Shown here: piece after piece, positions 36,522-50,423 of the stretch | Position numbering within the stretch: position 1 is the stretch's first letter | Layout: each line of letters begins with the position of its first letter | Assembly (NCBI GenBank): GCA_016748015.1 | Contig: JAAOMT010000129.1 | Span: 744,001 to 808,000, forward strand | Source of the DNA: Geosiphon pyriformis uo1 | Lineage: Eukaryota > Fungi > Glomeromycota | Length of the DNA stretch: 64,000 nucleotides | Reading direction: 5' to 3' | The notes under the pieces: model-generated | What the model was told of the DNA's origin: nothing | Databases searched by the model: none | Seen by the model: only the letters and a program-made list of their open reading frames with translations | Program-made: the position numbers and the translations under genes

Positions 36522-39500
36522 TATTATTATATAAAGAAATAAAAATTATAATAGATAAAAAAATAGCTAATTAAAAAGAAGCATAGTAAATAGAAAAATT
36601 CCAAGATTTCAAAATTTTAGAATTTTTCTTAAGAAATTACAAAATTTCAGAATTCCAGAATTCTAGAATTCTTTTTAAAAAAATTGAAAATTTTCAAAAA
36701 ATCTTGTATAACACAAATTATATATATATAATAAGAGTGTTAAAAACAGAAAAAAATTCAATATAGAGTTTAAAACAGTTAAAGATAAGTAAGTATTCAA
36801 TACTCTTTTCTTTAAAAAATAGTTTTTTATAACTTGAAGTAAAATTATACTGATATCAATAAAATTATCTATTATTATCTAATTTATGTTATTATTAATT
36901 AATTAAAAAATATTAATTATTTTTACACTATTAACAATTTATGTTGATAAAATCCAATATTTAACTACACTAAACTAATTATGATTATTAACAGAATATT
37001 AATTTTTTATTTTATTTTATTTGTTTTTTTTTGTTGTTTACTAATTAATTAAAAGATTAAGTATTGAATAATTGATGTCAAGGATAGCCTGGTAAAAAAT
37101 CCATAAAACAAAAATAAAAAAACTTAAGAATAACTTACCAGAAGAACATAATTGTTAAAATTAACTGGCCATTATACTGAAAAAAAAATTTACAGAAGAA
37201 ACTCTTAATTAAATTTCTGTTTATTATACAAAAAACTCAACCAAAATTTTTAGAAATTATTATTATCAATAACTATTAAGCATTAAATTACAGATTTGTT
37301 ATTTGTTTTAACTTCCTAAATAATCATTTATAATATTTGGTGCTCTTTGTAAAATATAATCTAACAGAAAACCAGCACCAATATCAACTATTCAGAAAAA
37401 TAGCAAACCAAAAAATCATAAAAAAAAATCATTTAAGATTTGCAAAATTTTTATTTTAATATTATCAAATTTACTTTAAACTAATAAATAATCATTGATT
37501 AGCAGAATTAGCTTTCAATTTTTATGTAAACAAAAAAATTATATAATATTTAAGAGACCAAGAAAATCTAGAAACCACTATTAAGAATTTATATAATAAA
37601 CTATTATAATACACCAATTTTATATAAAATTATAGTTTGTTTGAATCTTACTTATTAAGTGAATAAAAAAAAAATTATAGTTTTGTCTCAATAATTACAG
37701 AAATAAATCATAAGATTAAAAATTATACCAAACAGAAATTTCTCATCATCTTTACTAACAAAAAAAAAGAAAAACTATAAACTTTAACAGAAATTCCAAA
37801 AAAAATACAACTGTCTATTTAGAAAAAATCTAAAGTTATTTTATATATTAATCTATTATATCATTATATGTTTAAAAGTACTATTCAAATAATATTAACA
37901 ACTACACCTATAGTAAAAATACTATTATCTAGAGTATCATTTTAAAATAATCAAAAAAAAGCTAAATTATTAAGAACCTATAGCAATTTCTTTAAAGAAT
38001 TTAAATTATGATTAATAATATTATCATAATTTTAATTATTACTATTTTAACCAAATTTTGAATCTACCAGTAATTAAAAAAACACTGATTCAGAAAAAAA
38101 AAAACAGTAATCAACAAAATAATAATTAAAACCCAATTCTAAATAATTCAGAAATCATAACTTTAATTGTTTAAATTCAGCCAAATCTAAACAATTTAAA
38201 TCTTGCTCTTATTTTTTCACAAAACTTATCTTTAGTTATTCTAATTAATCAACTACCAATAACACCAATTACTGCTTATTAACAATAACCACAATTATAA
38301 ATATTTGCATTAATAGTTTATCTATCAATTACCAAATTAGAAAAATTTACTGACAAAAAAAACAATATCCAAATATGGTTGAATAATATAATAAAAGTCA
38401 TTACAGCTAATGGATAAGATAATGTTAAAGCTTTTTAAGCAATTTTTTACTTTTAACAAAACACTACTAACTTGTGATATCAAAATTTTGTAAACAAACT
38501 CCAAGATTTTAACATATTTAAAACTGTATTTTTACAGTATTTTAATAATAATAATAGTATTAATTGTCTGTTAATTAGTTTTACTACTATTAAGCAAGAT
38601 AATACTGAAGCAATTATTACTTACTTAAGATATTTTCATAAAAAGCTATATTAAATCAAAACAATTAACACCAATTACTTCACAGTACTGCAAATTCAGT
38701 ATTTTTCTACAATAAATATACCTAATATATCCAAATACTTTCTAAGATACAGTTATACACATCAGAGATTTCGAATTGGCAGAACTTAAAGCCAATTACA
38801 TCTAAACTATCAACTTAGTAATAAATAGATTATTTAAACTAAATTCTAAGTTAAAACAATTTAGTAATTTAATCAACCAAAAATTAGAAGGATACTTAAC
38901 TAACAATCTAATAATTTATCAATTTTCACAATATTATAATAATTAAAAAAACTTTAATTACTTTCAAAATTAATCATATCTATCCTTATTATTGGCAAAT
39001 TAATTATGACAACAAAAAATATGTAATTGCTATTATTGTAATAAACAAAACTATCTAAAAGCAAATTGCCATTTCAGATCCAATAATTTATGATCAAAAA
39101 ATTAATATAGAAATTCTAATTACAGATTTTAAATCCTAAGTTATATTAACAACTCAACTGAACAATATCAATATTAGTTTTAGTACATACCAATAATATA
39201 ACAACTCACATATTTATCTTTAATTTATCAGATTTCAGCACTAGTAATATATAAATTACAGTTACAAGTTATCTATTAACCTTAATAAATCCAAGGACCA
39301 CTCCAGATTTCAACTTAAGTACTTATTAAAAACCAAAAACTAAGAATTAATTACACTTATTAAATTTAAAGATTAATAATAGTAATGTACTAACTAATTT
39401 TCAGTTTATTAAATCAGCTATCAGGATTATGCCAACAGAATTCAAGAAGTAAGTACACTCAAAACCTAAATTTTCAAAACTATTTAAGTTTTCTGGTAAC

Positions 39501-40465
39501 TTCAAAAATTACAACAACTAAATTACTAAAAACCAATCCAATATTACTTATCAACAACATTTTACTAACAACTATTATTAAGAATAAATCACTTGTAGCC
39601 ATTTTTTTTTTAAATTAGAAAAATTAGCAATAACATCTCTATTTAGTAGAGTCATTTTTGATGCTAAACCAATTACCACAATATATATTAATATCAAAGT
39701 CAATAACCAATCTATCAAACTAATTCTTAATAATAAGTTAGCAGACAGTATTATCACATAATAATTTATGAACCAATTAAATTGCTGAGTTAATTATACT
39801 ATTAATGCCAAAATTATTACAGCCAATAGAGTAATTAAGACTCTTATTGATAAAATTGATGACTTTTTTTTTAAAGTTAATAGCATCATTGCATTTATCA
39901 AAGTTTTTATTATAGAAGTTACACAATATCAAGCTCTTGTTAATAATGACTGGCTGTTTAAGACTAATACTATGTTCAACTAGAATACTCAAGAGCTATA
40001 GTTTAATCAAGATGATCAGTATATTTAAGTATCAGTTACTTGTTGTTACTTTAAAATAACTTAATCACAATTACTAATAGAATTCGAGAAAAAAATAAAC
40101 AAATTTACTTGAAAAGCTTATCAAGTTTTATGGACAAAAAACAAGCACAATAAATTGCTATTAATACTTTTTTAAAATAATAAAAAAAAAAAGAAAAAAG
40201 CTAAATTTTAAAACACTATTATTATTAAAGAAACAGCCAACAGTTGGCATTAACTTTACTTAACTCTAAAACCAAGAAAACAACCACTTTATATTTCATT
40301 TAAATACAAAGATTATAAAAAAAAGCTTTTATTTATGAAAGCTTGAATCTTGTCCAAAAAAGACTATAAAACACATATCTGTTACTATTACAAAGTATAC
40401 CACTGAAAACATTTTGGTTATTCAAAACAACAAAAAAAGTAGAACAACAAACCATGTCTTACTAA
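36522..40465 (+). mobile_element. Highly decayed Gypsy element D (5' LTR, PBS, gag, protease, start of the Cys-rich domain), truncated by LINE copy 3
   Basis: LTR 36522-37335 homologous to 23941-24881, followed by PBS-like tttggtgctc. Relic gag and protease (39600-40050) are homologous to 47950-48420, and 40260-40460 is homologous to 47600-47800. Confidence 0.8.
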
Positions 40466-42007
40466 AAACACATTATCAAAAATGTTTTGAAATATCTAAT
40501 TTAAAAAGTAGTGTTTAACCACTTAGCAATAAATAATAATCTAGTACTGAAATTTAATAATTAAATTTAATATTAACATAATTATGGAAGAATAGACAAG
40601 AAAACATATAGTGTTTAAGGCATTATCAGATCAGTGGTCTAATTAATATGTTCTTTTAGACTATATTAACAATAATGCTTTCTTAAAAGTGATATACAAC
40701 ATTAATTTTAATAAATTCCTACAGATAATTAAGAATCTGTTTAATAGAAAAGCTGCTGGCCTCTTTAGTATTTTTAATAAGTTTTGGAAGCATAATAATA
40801 TATAAGTTTTGGGTAGTCTATTGGATATTTTCAATATGTGTTTAAGATTAGTTGTAGTTTTTACATAATAAAAAAAAGCCTAAATTTTTATAATACTGAA
40901 ATTATACAACTGAAAAAAGACTTTTACTAATATTAGACCAATAGTTTTGATTAAAACTGCTTGGAAAATATTATCAAAGCTTTTTTTAAATAGAATTTCT
41001 TTAGTGTGTAGTAAATTTGACATTCTGTATAATAATAATTTCTCAGTTTTGAAAGACATATTTATTTAAATTTCAATTTTTGCTGTTAGTTATGTAATTA
41101 AAAATGCATTAGAAAAAAATAGAGAGCTGTATTTGGTTTTTTAAAATATGCACAAAGCATATAATTTTGTTAGATAATATTACTTGAAAAACAGTTTGGT
41201 TAGAAACAAAATATATCCCTATTTTATCAAGTTTTTTAAACATATACACAATAATTGGATTAATTAAGTAATAACAAATTTTGGAATTATAACAAGATAT
41301 ATAATACATAATATATTAAATTAAAATAAAGTCTTCTTGCTATTATTGTAGAAAATTTTCTATAATTTTTTATTTTGTGAAATCAAAAAACATGACTATA
41401 TATATGATTACAGAATAGATTTTAAGTTTTTTACATGAACTGGCAAACAAAACATTAGAAATAATAAGACATTCTTTATGGCTATTGGGGTTTTTATAGA
41501 CAATACAATTTGAATTGAAAATAACATGTTTGCTACTTAGCATATTTTGGACATAGCTAGCAAATTTTTTCATATTAATAACATTTTAATTAACATAGAA
41601 AAAATAGTTGTTATTTTTATTAATTAAAGGGTAAAAATTTCTTATTTGGTGATAAGTAATATTACAGGTGATTATTTGGGGTTTCAAAGCAAATAACAAA
41701 CCCATAACTTGATGCTCAATTAATGATTGATGATGGTTTCTGAAGATTTTGGTTATTTAAAGGTTTTGATAGAGTCCTTTGTATAATGGACAAAGATTCC
41801 AATGTGGTTTTCTTTTAATGAAGTTTCAAGTGTCAACTTATGGGTTAAAGTAGTTGTTGTTTGTCACTTCTCAGAATCACAATTCTGTCAATTTTTTTTT
41901 GATGTAATAGCTAACAATCTCTTGATAAGCTATCTTTAAATCTGAGTGTCTACCCTTATTTCTGGGTCTTTTACCAGTGCTATATCCTGATGTCAATAAC
42001 TTAATGC

Positions 42008-42995
42008 TGTTACCAGAGATTTTGGGTCTCTTTTTTTAAATGTTGGTAATGTTGATTTGCTGTGAATTCATGTTTTCAGGAAGTAGTTGAACCTCCAATA
42101 ACTGAATTTATCTTCAAATTATCTTCTATAATTTAAACTGCTGGGCTTATAAGTAGAATGGCCAATTCCTTGCCAGTTACTTATGTAGTTACATTGTAGT
42201 AAATGTCAACTCTTTCCCAGGAATTGCTCGTCTGGAAGCTCACTAAAAATGTGTAGTTACTTTGCTGTGAAAGTCAACTCTTCTACAGAAATCTCATCTG
42301 TAGGCTCTAATGATTGTAATAAGAAAATAAAAAAAAAATAAAAGAAATGTAAAAGAAATAGAATTTTGTCAAGAGAAACGTTTTCTATTCAGGCCTGGAG
42401 TCACCAACAGTTTACTGAAATTGGTAGCTAATCAATTTCAAAACATTAGTTGGGTTTTGGGGATTTTCCAAGTGCAATAATTAAAAAATTTGGTTTTTCG
42501 AATTATTTGATATTTATTTCTTTTTGTGTGTATAGGAATGGTTCTAAGTGATAAATCTAAAGTAAGATACATTTTCCAGAAGAGAAAAGCTCTTCTTTTA
42601 TACAACTTGTTGTAGTACTAGTTTATGAACTTGCACTTTTTTCTCTTTGCCCAAATTCCGGCAAACTAAAGATACATTTTGATGAACTACAAGTTATTTC
42701 GCTGAACTATTGATTAATTTGGGTGAACTATTCATAATTTTGGCAAATTTCTGTAAATTTCAGCGAATTTCTGTAAATTTCGGCGAATTTTTGAATGTTA
42801 CAAAGTTCAGGGTATTGTGTAATTTGATCATCTTACTTTTTGTTATACTAATTAGATTATTTTACTTGAATCGTGATATGTGATAATTGATTAAATAATA
42901 AATGATAATTTGAAATGATATTAATATACTAATGAATTATAAGAATTATAAGAGTAATTTTATGCTAATTAATAGCTAAAATTCTACTGGTAACA
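42008..42995 (-). repeat. 3' LTR of Gypsy B
   Basis: Direct repeat of 50424-51394; carries one extra 20-bp unit (cgaatttctgtaaatttc-type) at about 42745-42790. Confidence 0.95.
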
Positions 42996-43418
42996 TAATC
43001 TCCTCCTCAAGACTGAGCTCCATCGAAGTCCAAGCACTATCTGTAATATTGAGATAGTAATCTAAAATGATTGAAGTAATCTGGTCTGAAAATTGTTGAA
43101 ATTTCAGTTCTGTGAGTTTGCCAATATATTGGACTTTCATTGATTACAGTATTGGATTTTGTAGAACATTTTCACAAGTATTAAACAAATCATAGAGTCT
43201 AAAAGCTGCTCTAAGTTTGTAGCAAGTGTTTGTTGGTCCAGCTGCTGTTTTGAATTCATTGTAGATTTGTTTTTGTATAACTTCAGGAGTGAGATTTGTT
43301 GCTTTAAGTTCCAGTTTTCGTTCATAAAGTGTTTTTCCAATTTGAAAGTATTTATAGATAGGGGTGTGTTCATTGTTCTGTTCATTAAGAAGTAATAGTA
43401 GTTTTTGTTGCATTGTAG

Positions 43419-43685
43419 NNNNNNNNNNNNNNNNNNNNNNNNNNNNNNNNNNNNNNNNNNNNNNNNNNNNNNNNNNNNNNNNNNNNNNNNNNNNNNNNNN
43501 NNNNNNNNNNNNNNNNNNNNNNNNNNNNNNNNNNNNNNNNNNNNNNNNNNNNNNNNNNNNNNNNNNNNNNNNNNNNNNNNNNNNNNNNNNNNNNNNNNNN
43601 NNNNNNNNNNNNNNNNNNNNNNNNNNNNNNNNNNNNNNNNNNNNNNNNNNNNNNNNNNNNNNNNNNNNNNNNNNNNNNNNNNNNN
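43419..43685. other. Assembly gap (N run) inside Gypsy B
   Basis: Run of N characters. Confidence 0.99.
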
Positions 43686-46599
43686 AATGTTCAATATGAG
43701 CTGCTGCTATTCTTCTTTTTCCTTCCAGTGTACTAAGAAGAGTGTAGGCTCTTCTTTGGAGTGTCTCTTGAAAGTTTTCTTTATTGATTGGTTGCACTGG
43801 GTATGTTTCTACTGTGAAATTAATTGGTAATGTTGCTGTCCTTCCATAAGTAAGATCAAATGGTGTGTGTTTCATAGTATCTTGTTTTAGTGTTCTGTAT
43901 GCTAGTAACACTAATGGAATAAAGATATCTCATTCCTGTTCAAAGTTTGTTGAGACTTTGGCTAAAGATTTACACAATGTTCTGTTGAAACATTCTACAA
44001 GTCCATTTGTTTGAGGGTAATAAGGTGATAATAGAAGTCTTTTGACATTGAACCATTCACAAATTTCTTGTATCAAGTTGTTCACAAAATGTGTTCCTTG
44101 ATCAGATAAGAGTTCAATTGGGCATCCATGTCTACAGATAATGTCTTCATAAATGAATTTTGCTACTGATTTTGCATCTGCTCTTTGGATGGCTCTAGCT
44201 TTAGGCCATTTGGTAAGATAATCCACTGCAACTGCAATATAACGATTTTCTTGGGTTGTGATAGGTAATGGTCCGACTAAATTAATTCCAACTCTGTCAA
44301 AAGGTTGTCCAACTTTGATTGGATTTAAAGGTTCTGTGGAGCGAGTTCCTCCTCTTCTTTGGCAGTTATCACAAGATTTTACATATTGTCAAATGTCTTT
44401 TTGCATGTGAGGCCAAAAATAATGTTCAAGGGTTCTTTGAATTGTTCCCTCTTTTCCCAAGTGTGCTGAAGACGGATCTGTGTGCATGTTGTATAAAATT
44501 GTTTCTTTTTTATTCTCTTGTACTAATCTGAGTGGCTGGTTTGGTTTTCTGTGATTTTTATAATAGATTTTGTTCTGGTGTATGAAATATTGTTTTAATT
44601 GGTGTTGTAAGCAGTGTTTTTCACTTGGAAACCAGTTTTCTGGCATGGTAAGGGTCTTCAAATAATTTTTAAGATTGCTGTAATTTCTGGAATCCATTCT
44701 TGTTTGGTTATTTTGTTGGTAAGTTGGTAAGTTGTGGTGAAATTGTTGTTGGTATTAATCTTGTCTCATTCTTGAGAAACTATCAACATTGGTATGTAGT
44801 TTTTCTGGTTTGTAGTGTACAATATATCTGTAGTTTGCTAGGAAGTTATTCCATCGAGACTGTTTGGCACTTTGTTCAGTTTTCTTTTTATTGAGCCATT
44901 TGAGGCCAATGTTGTCCATTATTATGTTAAATTCTTTTCCATTTTTCAGATATTGTTGAAAATGTTTAAGAGCCCAAATAACTACAGCAGCTTCTAATTC
45001 AGTTGAGCCATATTTGAGTTCTGTTGGCTTGAGTGTTCTGCTGGCATAGGCAATAACTTGTTCTTGGCCATTTTCATCCAATTGTGTTAAGATGGCACCA
45101 AATGCTATGTGTGAGGCATCAGTGGCTAATTGGAATCGTTTGTTGAAGTCTGGGTAAGTAAGAACTAAGGCTGTTGTTAATTTTGTTTTGAGAATTTCAA
45201 AAGCTTTTTGTTGTTCTTCAGTCCATTTGTATGGTACATTTTTGTTGGTAAGATAATTGAGTGGTTTGGCAATTTTTGAGAATTCTTTTATGAATTTTTG
45301 ATAGTAAGAGGCTAATTCCACAAATCCTCTTAGTTCTGTAGTATTTCTGGGGGTTTGAAAGTTTTTGACAGCATTGATTGTTCCTGGATTTAGTTTGATT
45401 CCATCTTTACTAACTATGTGTCCAAGAAAGATCAAACTTGTTTTTCCAAAGTGACATTTCTCAATATTTAACTTTAATCCTGCTTTCCGTAATCATTGAA
45501 AAACTTCTTGCAGGTAAATGAGATCGGCTTTAAAGCTTGGTGAGTATATATCAGTATCATCAAGATAAACAACTACTGATTGCCACAAGAGCCCTTTATA
45601 GACAACATCCATGAGTTGCTAAAATGTTGCTGGTGCATTGCAGAGTCCAAAAGGCATAACATTAAACTCATAATTTCCTCCTTGAGTGGTGAATGCTGTT
45701 TTGGGTCTATCTTTTGGGTCCATTTCGACTTGCCAGTATCCACTTTCTAGGTCTAAAGTTGAAAAGAACTTGGCTTTTCCCAGAGCATCTAGCATGTCAT
45801 CAATTCTTGGAAAAGGGTAGGCATCTCCAATTGTAATACTATTCAGTTGTCTATAATTAACACAGAATCTAATTTTTCCGTTTTTCTTTTTAACCAAAAC
45901 TACTGATGAGGCCCAAGGACTTTTTGATGGTTGAATCAATCCATTATTGAGCATTCTTTGGACCTCTTTTCTAATAAATTGGTGGCTGGTAGGTGGCACT
46001 TGATAAGCTTGTTGACATTTTGGTAGAGCATCTCCTATATGGATTTGATGTTGAACAATGTCTGTTTTTCCCAAGTTATTGTTGTCTTTTGCAAATATAT
46101 CTGCAAATTCAGCTATCAATTGTTTCAATTGTCTTTGTTGTTGAGATTCTAAGAGACCCATATTGATTCGAGAGAGTTTTTCTTCCAACAAGTGGTAGTT
46201 TTCAGTAGTGGGAATAATATTTGGATTTGGGAGTAGAGTGTGCTTTATAATTTCGATGAAATTAGAGACAATTTGAGGGTTTTCATCTTGAAAGATATTG
46301 CTGTGTATGATTTCAATTTCTAATTTGTTTAATAAAACAATAGAGTAATTATTGGGGTTGTAGAATGTAACTCAAAATTTTTTCATTCTTTTGGAAATAT
46401 AAACGTTTGGAATTGATATTTCATGCTTCAAACAGATTTGTTTATTGGATTCAAAGATTTGTTGTGTAGTGGTGGGTTTTAAGCAAGTGTAAATTTCGTG
46501 ATGTTCTTCAAAAGGTAAAATAGTAATTGGCTGAAGAAGTTGAAGAATCTGGTGAGATTTATTTTGTGTATTAAGAACTATGTTTACTGGAACTGTAAA

Positions 46600-47030
46600 T
46601 CGTCCAGTTGAACCAAAACCTTGAGTTCCACTTTCACTTTTTCCCAATTGTTTTCTGTTGTTTACTGATTGTAAATCCGAAATGTTGATTAAAGGTAAGT
46701 AAATTGCTTAAGCAATTTTTTCAGCATGTTCAATTTTGAATGGTTTGTCTGTCTCATTCTGTAACATAATGGTAATGTCTCCAGTGTATCCTGCATCTAT
46801 AACTTCTCCTCTAATATTGATTCCTTTGCTTGCCAATGATGATTTGGAGGCAATTTGAATCATTGCTTCTGGTGGAATTTCAAGAGCAATTTTTAGATTG
46901 ATTTTTGTCAAAGACTTTGGTTGGAGAATCAAAGTATCTTTTTCTGGGTATCTCAAGTCATATCCAGCATCAATTTCGTGTGTTTTTTCTGGTCTGATTC
47001 CTTGGCCATGGTTGTTAAAATATTTAAGTT
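46600..47030 (-). pseudogene. dUTPase domain within the Gypsy B pol
   Basis: All five trimeric dUTPase motifs are recognisable: DAGYDL, KSSLASKGI, EVIDAGYTGDI, EKIA*(Q)AI, SGTQGFGSTG. Confidence 0.92.
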
Positions 47031-50000
47031 GTAGAGATAGTTGCTTTTTAAGAAGATAGATGGGAGTGATTGGTAGTTCTTCTACTTGTTCAGATACTCC
47101 AAATTCGATTTCATTTTCATTATTCTCATCTGGCAGAGGAATGCTAAGAGCATAACATTCTAAACACCATTGGTTATCACAAGGCATAACACAATCTTCA
47201 CACAATTGAATGTTCATTTGCTCTAATTATTGAATTTGAGCTTCTTTGGTCAGATATGTGTGGCTTGCAATTTGGTGGTAGGTTTCTACTTCATCTTCAT
47301 AATCAAATTCAGCTAATTCCATGGTGTACTCAATATATTCAGCTTTTTTCATTTGGCAGACATCTTCTTGAGTGGCTTCATTGATTAATGCCATTGCTAG
47401 GTCAAAAATCATTTCAGCATCAAGAGGGTAGTAGTAAAGTTTATTGAGAACACTGTTGTATGCTGCATCAAATGGTGTTCCTCTTCTGACTTTTTCCAAA
47501 ATTGATAGAGCATATTGACAGGTTTGATCACATACTCCTTCTCTCATTGCTACATCAATCCAATTGCATTCTTCTGGTAGTATTTCTCCACATATAAGAC
47601 AAGGTGTGTTGTTCCATTTTCCACTTCTTTTTGGAGATCCAAATCGTTCTCTATGACATGCTTTGCAAAAGTAACAGATACGAGTTTCATATTCCTCTTC
47701 TGGAGAAATACATGCTCCCATTGATAAAAGTTTTTTGTTGCAATCTTTGCATTTAAGTGGAATATAGAGTGGTTGTTTCTGTAGTTCTGGTATAAAATAT
47801 CTAACTTTCTTCCATCTCCTTGATTCTTCGAAAATCTCTTGTTCAGTTTCTTTAGCCCAATTGGATGTTGATCCAAGAGCCATGTAGGTTTCAGTAAGTG
47901 GCATTTCTTTTTTCTCTTCAAATTCAAATACTGGAGCTTTTTCTGATCATTTGTTAAAGATACCACAGGTTGCAGGTACTATGGTATATTGTCCTTGGTA
48001 TGAGATTTTAAGTTCTTGAGTTTCCCAGTTCAGGTTTGCATTGGTCTTGAGAAGCCAATCATTTCCGACTAGAGCTTAGTATTGGGGTGCATCTATAATA
48101 AGAACTTTAACTGGAATGGTAATTTCATCAATTGAAAAAAAAAATCATCAATTTCTCCTACTGGAGTCTTCTTCATACCATCAGCTGTGACAATAACTGT
48201 TTGAGCTGGTCTGTCTACGTTTTGTTTGAATTGTTGCATCAACTGGTAAGTAATGATACTTTCAGCTGATCTACTATCTAAGATTAAGTAAATGGGTTTT
48301 CCTTCCACTGTAGCTTTTGTGTACATGGCAGTAATTGCTTTCTGTTCATTGACTGCTGCATTACTAAGCAGAAATGGTGATTTATTTGCCTCAAATTCAA
48401 ATGAAAATATATCGGACAGATTAGCATTTTGGGCAATTTGAGCTGGGGGAATGGTGTGGTTGGAAGAGTTTGATCTTGGTGCTGCAATTTCACCTTCAAA
48501 AAGTGCAGTTTGTTGAAAATCCGATTCCTCTGGTATTGTAAGATAACTGGGTTGAGTGTGATAGTGATTGGGTCTTTGCTGGCCTGAATTTTGGGGAACC
48601 AACTGGTTATTTGGATTGATTCTGTTGTGGTTATTCTGCAATTGATTTTGGGGTGTGAATTGGTTATATTGAACCAATCTTCTTGCTGGTACTTGATATT
48701 GTTGAGTGGATGGTGTCTGATATGGCTGAATTGGTAAAGATTGCTGATATTGTTGCTGCATTGATTGTGGAGCTGGTGGATAGTAACTGTTTTGATTTTG
48801 TGGTCTTAGTGAATAATAAGTTGGTGGTGGAGATTGGTAATAGGATTGTTGTAGTAAAGAGTAACGTTGATTATTCCTGTTTTGTTGGTCTTTTTGTAAT
48901 TTTCTACAATCTCGTTTCCAGTGTTCTGGAATTCCACAATAATGACAATTTTGAGATTGGTTGTTAGATGATGATCCAAAATTGTTTTGGTTGCGTCATT
49001 GTGGGGGTTGATATCTTTGTGGTTGTTGTTGCTGTTGTTGTTGGTTTGTGAAGTAGCTTTCAACTTTTTTTGTGAGTTGGTCTATCTTTTTTTCAGCTGC
49101 TAAGCTGGTTTCTCCAATTGCAAGATTTACAAGCTTGGTGTGATTTGCTTCTTCTATTGCCATTTCATAGCTCTTTGCATGTTTAATAGCAGTTGCTAAG
49201 TCTGCTGGAGCATGTGAACGGACTTTCTTAATCAGTTTGTCTTTTAATCCTGCTATAAACTGATCCAGAATTTGAGCATCAGAATAGTAGTCATTGGTTT
49301 CCAATTGTCAGATTCATCTCAGAAGTTTGTTAAATCTTCCAAGATAGGTCATAACAGATTCAGATGTTTCTTATTTGATATTGTGAAAGCGGTTTCTGAG
49401 AGTAATAAAGGTATTGTTGTTGGTGAATTGTTGTAGAAAAGCATCTTTAAATGCTTGCCAGTTTTCAAATGGTTCTTCTAAATTTTCAAACCATTCTCCT
49501 GCTGTTCCTTAGAAAAAGTAGGGAATTGCTTTGAGCATTCTTGCTGCAATCCAACCATTTGCATCTCTTGCTTTTTGAACTTTGTCAAGCCATTTTTGGG
49601 AACTGGTATTATTGTCTTCACCAGTAAATTCTGGGATTTTTGCAATGTAAGCAGTTGCCATTTCTTCTTTGTTTTCTGGAATTTCTTCTGGTTCTGATTT
49701 AGTTTCTTTACTTTCCAAGCTTTCTGAGTGATTACTTTCGTTTTTTTGTAAGTAATCAATGATATTGGCACTTGTTAATATTGGTTCCTGCTGTTGAATA
49801 GGATTTCTATGTGACTGAAAATCTTCTGGTCTAGAGAAACGGCTAAGTGGTGAACTTAGTGTTTGTGGTTGAACAAGTGAAATTGGAAATGGTGTAATAG
49901 AAAGTGGTAATTTGATATTGGTTCCTTGTTCAGGTGTTTGCAAGTGTTTGGCAGTTGTCTTTTGTAGTGTTGGAGTGTTTGAAGTGGTTCTTGAGTATTG

Positions 50001-50423
50001 CTTCAATCTTTGTTTGCCTTTATTGCTTGTTTCTGTTTCTGATTCAAAGTCAAAAGAGTATTTAGACTGTACTGGGTATTTTTCTTCACAATACTTAATA
50101 ATATTAAAATTAAGTTCTTGAAAGTAGGTAGCAAGTGTTTCACTGTTCAGGTCTTCTGTTCCCTAATGTGAATAATGCACTAAATTATTGTAGAGGTTGC
50201 TTCTAACTTCTGAAATGTTGTAGTTTCCAAAAAGATAATTGTTGATGCAGTTTTCAATGTATTGGTATACTGATTTCTTTACAATTTCAATTCCGTCTGG
50301 AATGTTGAATCTTTGCTTGCAGTGGGTGTAAATTGACTGGTAATACTCTAGAGTTGCTGTGTCTGGTGTGGTCGCCACTTTGAATTTGTTGTTGCTGTGT
50401 TATTTCCGTGGGAGAGCACCAAA

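Noticed and set aside
43137-43830. ORFs spanning the N gap
   Set aside because: Artifacts of translating Ns; the frame across the gap is unknown.
50403-50423. Assignment of the PBS to a specific tRNA
   Set aside because: TGGTGCTCTC is clearly PBS-like and shared by three elements, but the cognate tRNA cannot be identified without the host tRNA set.
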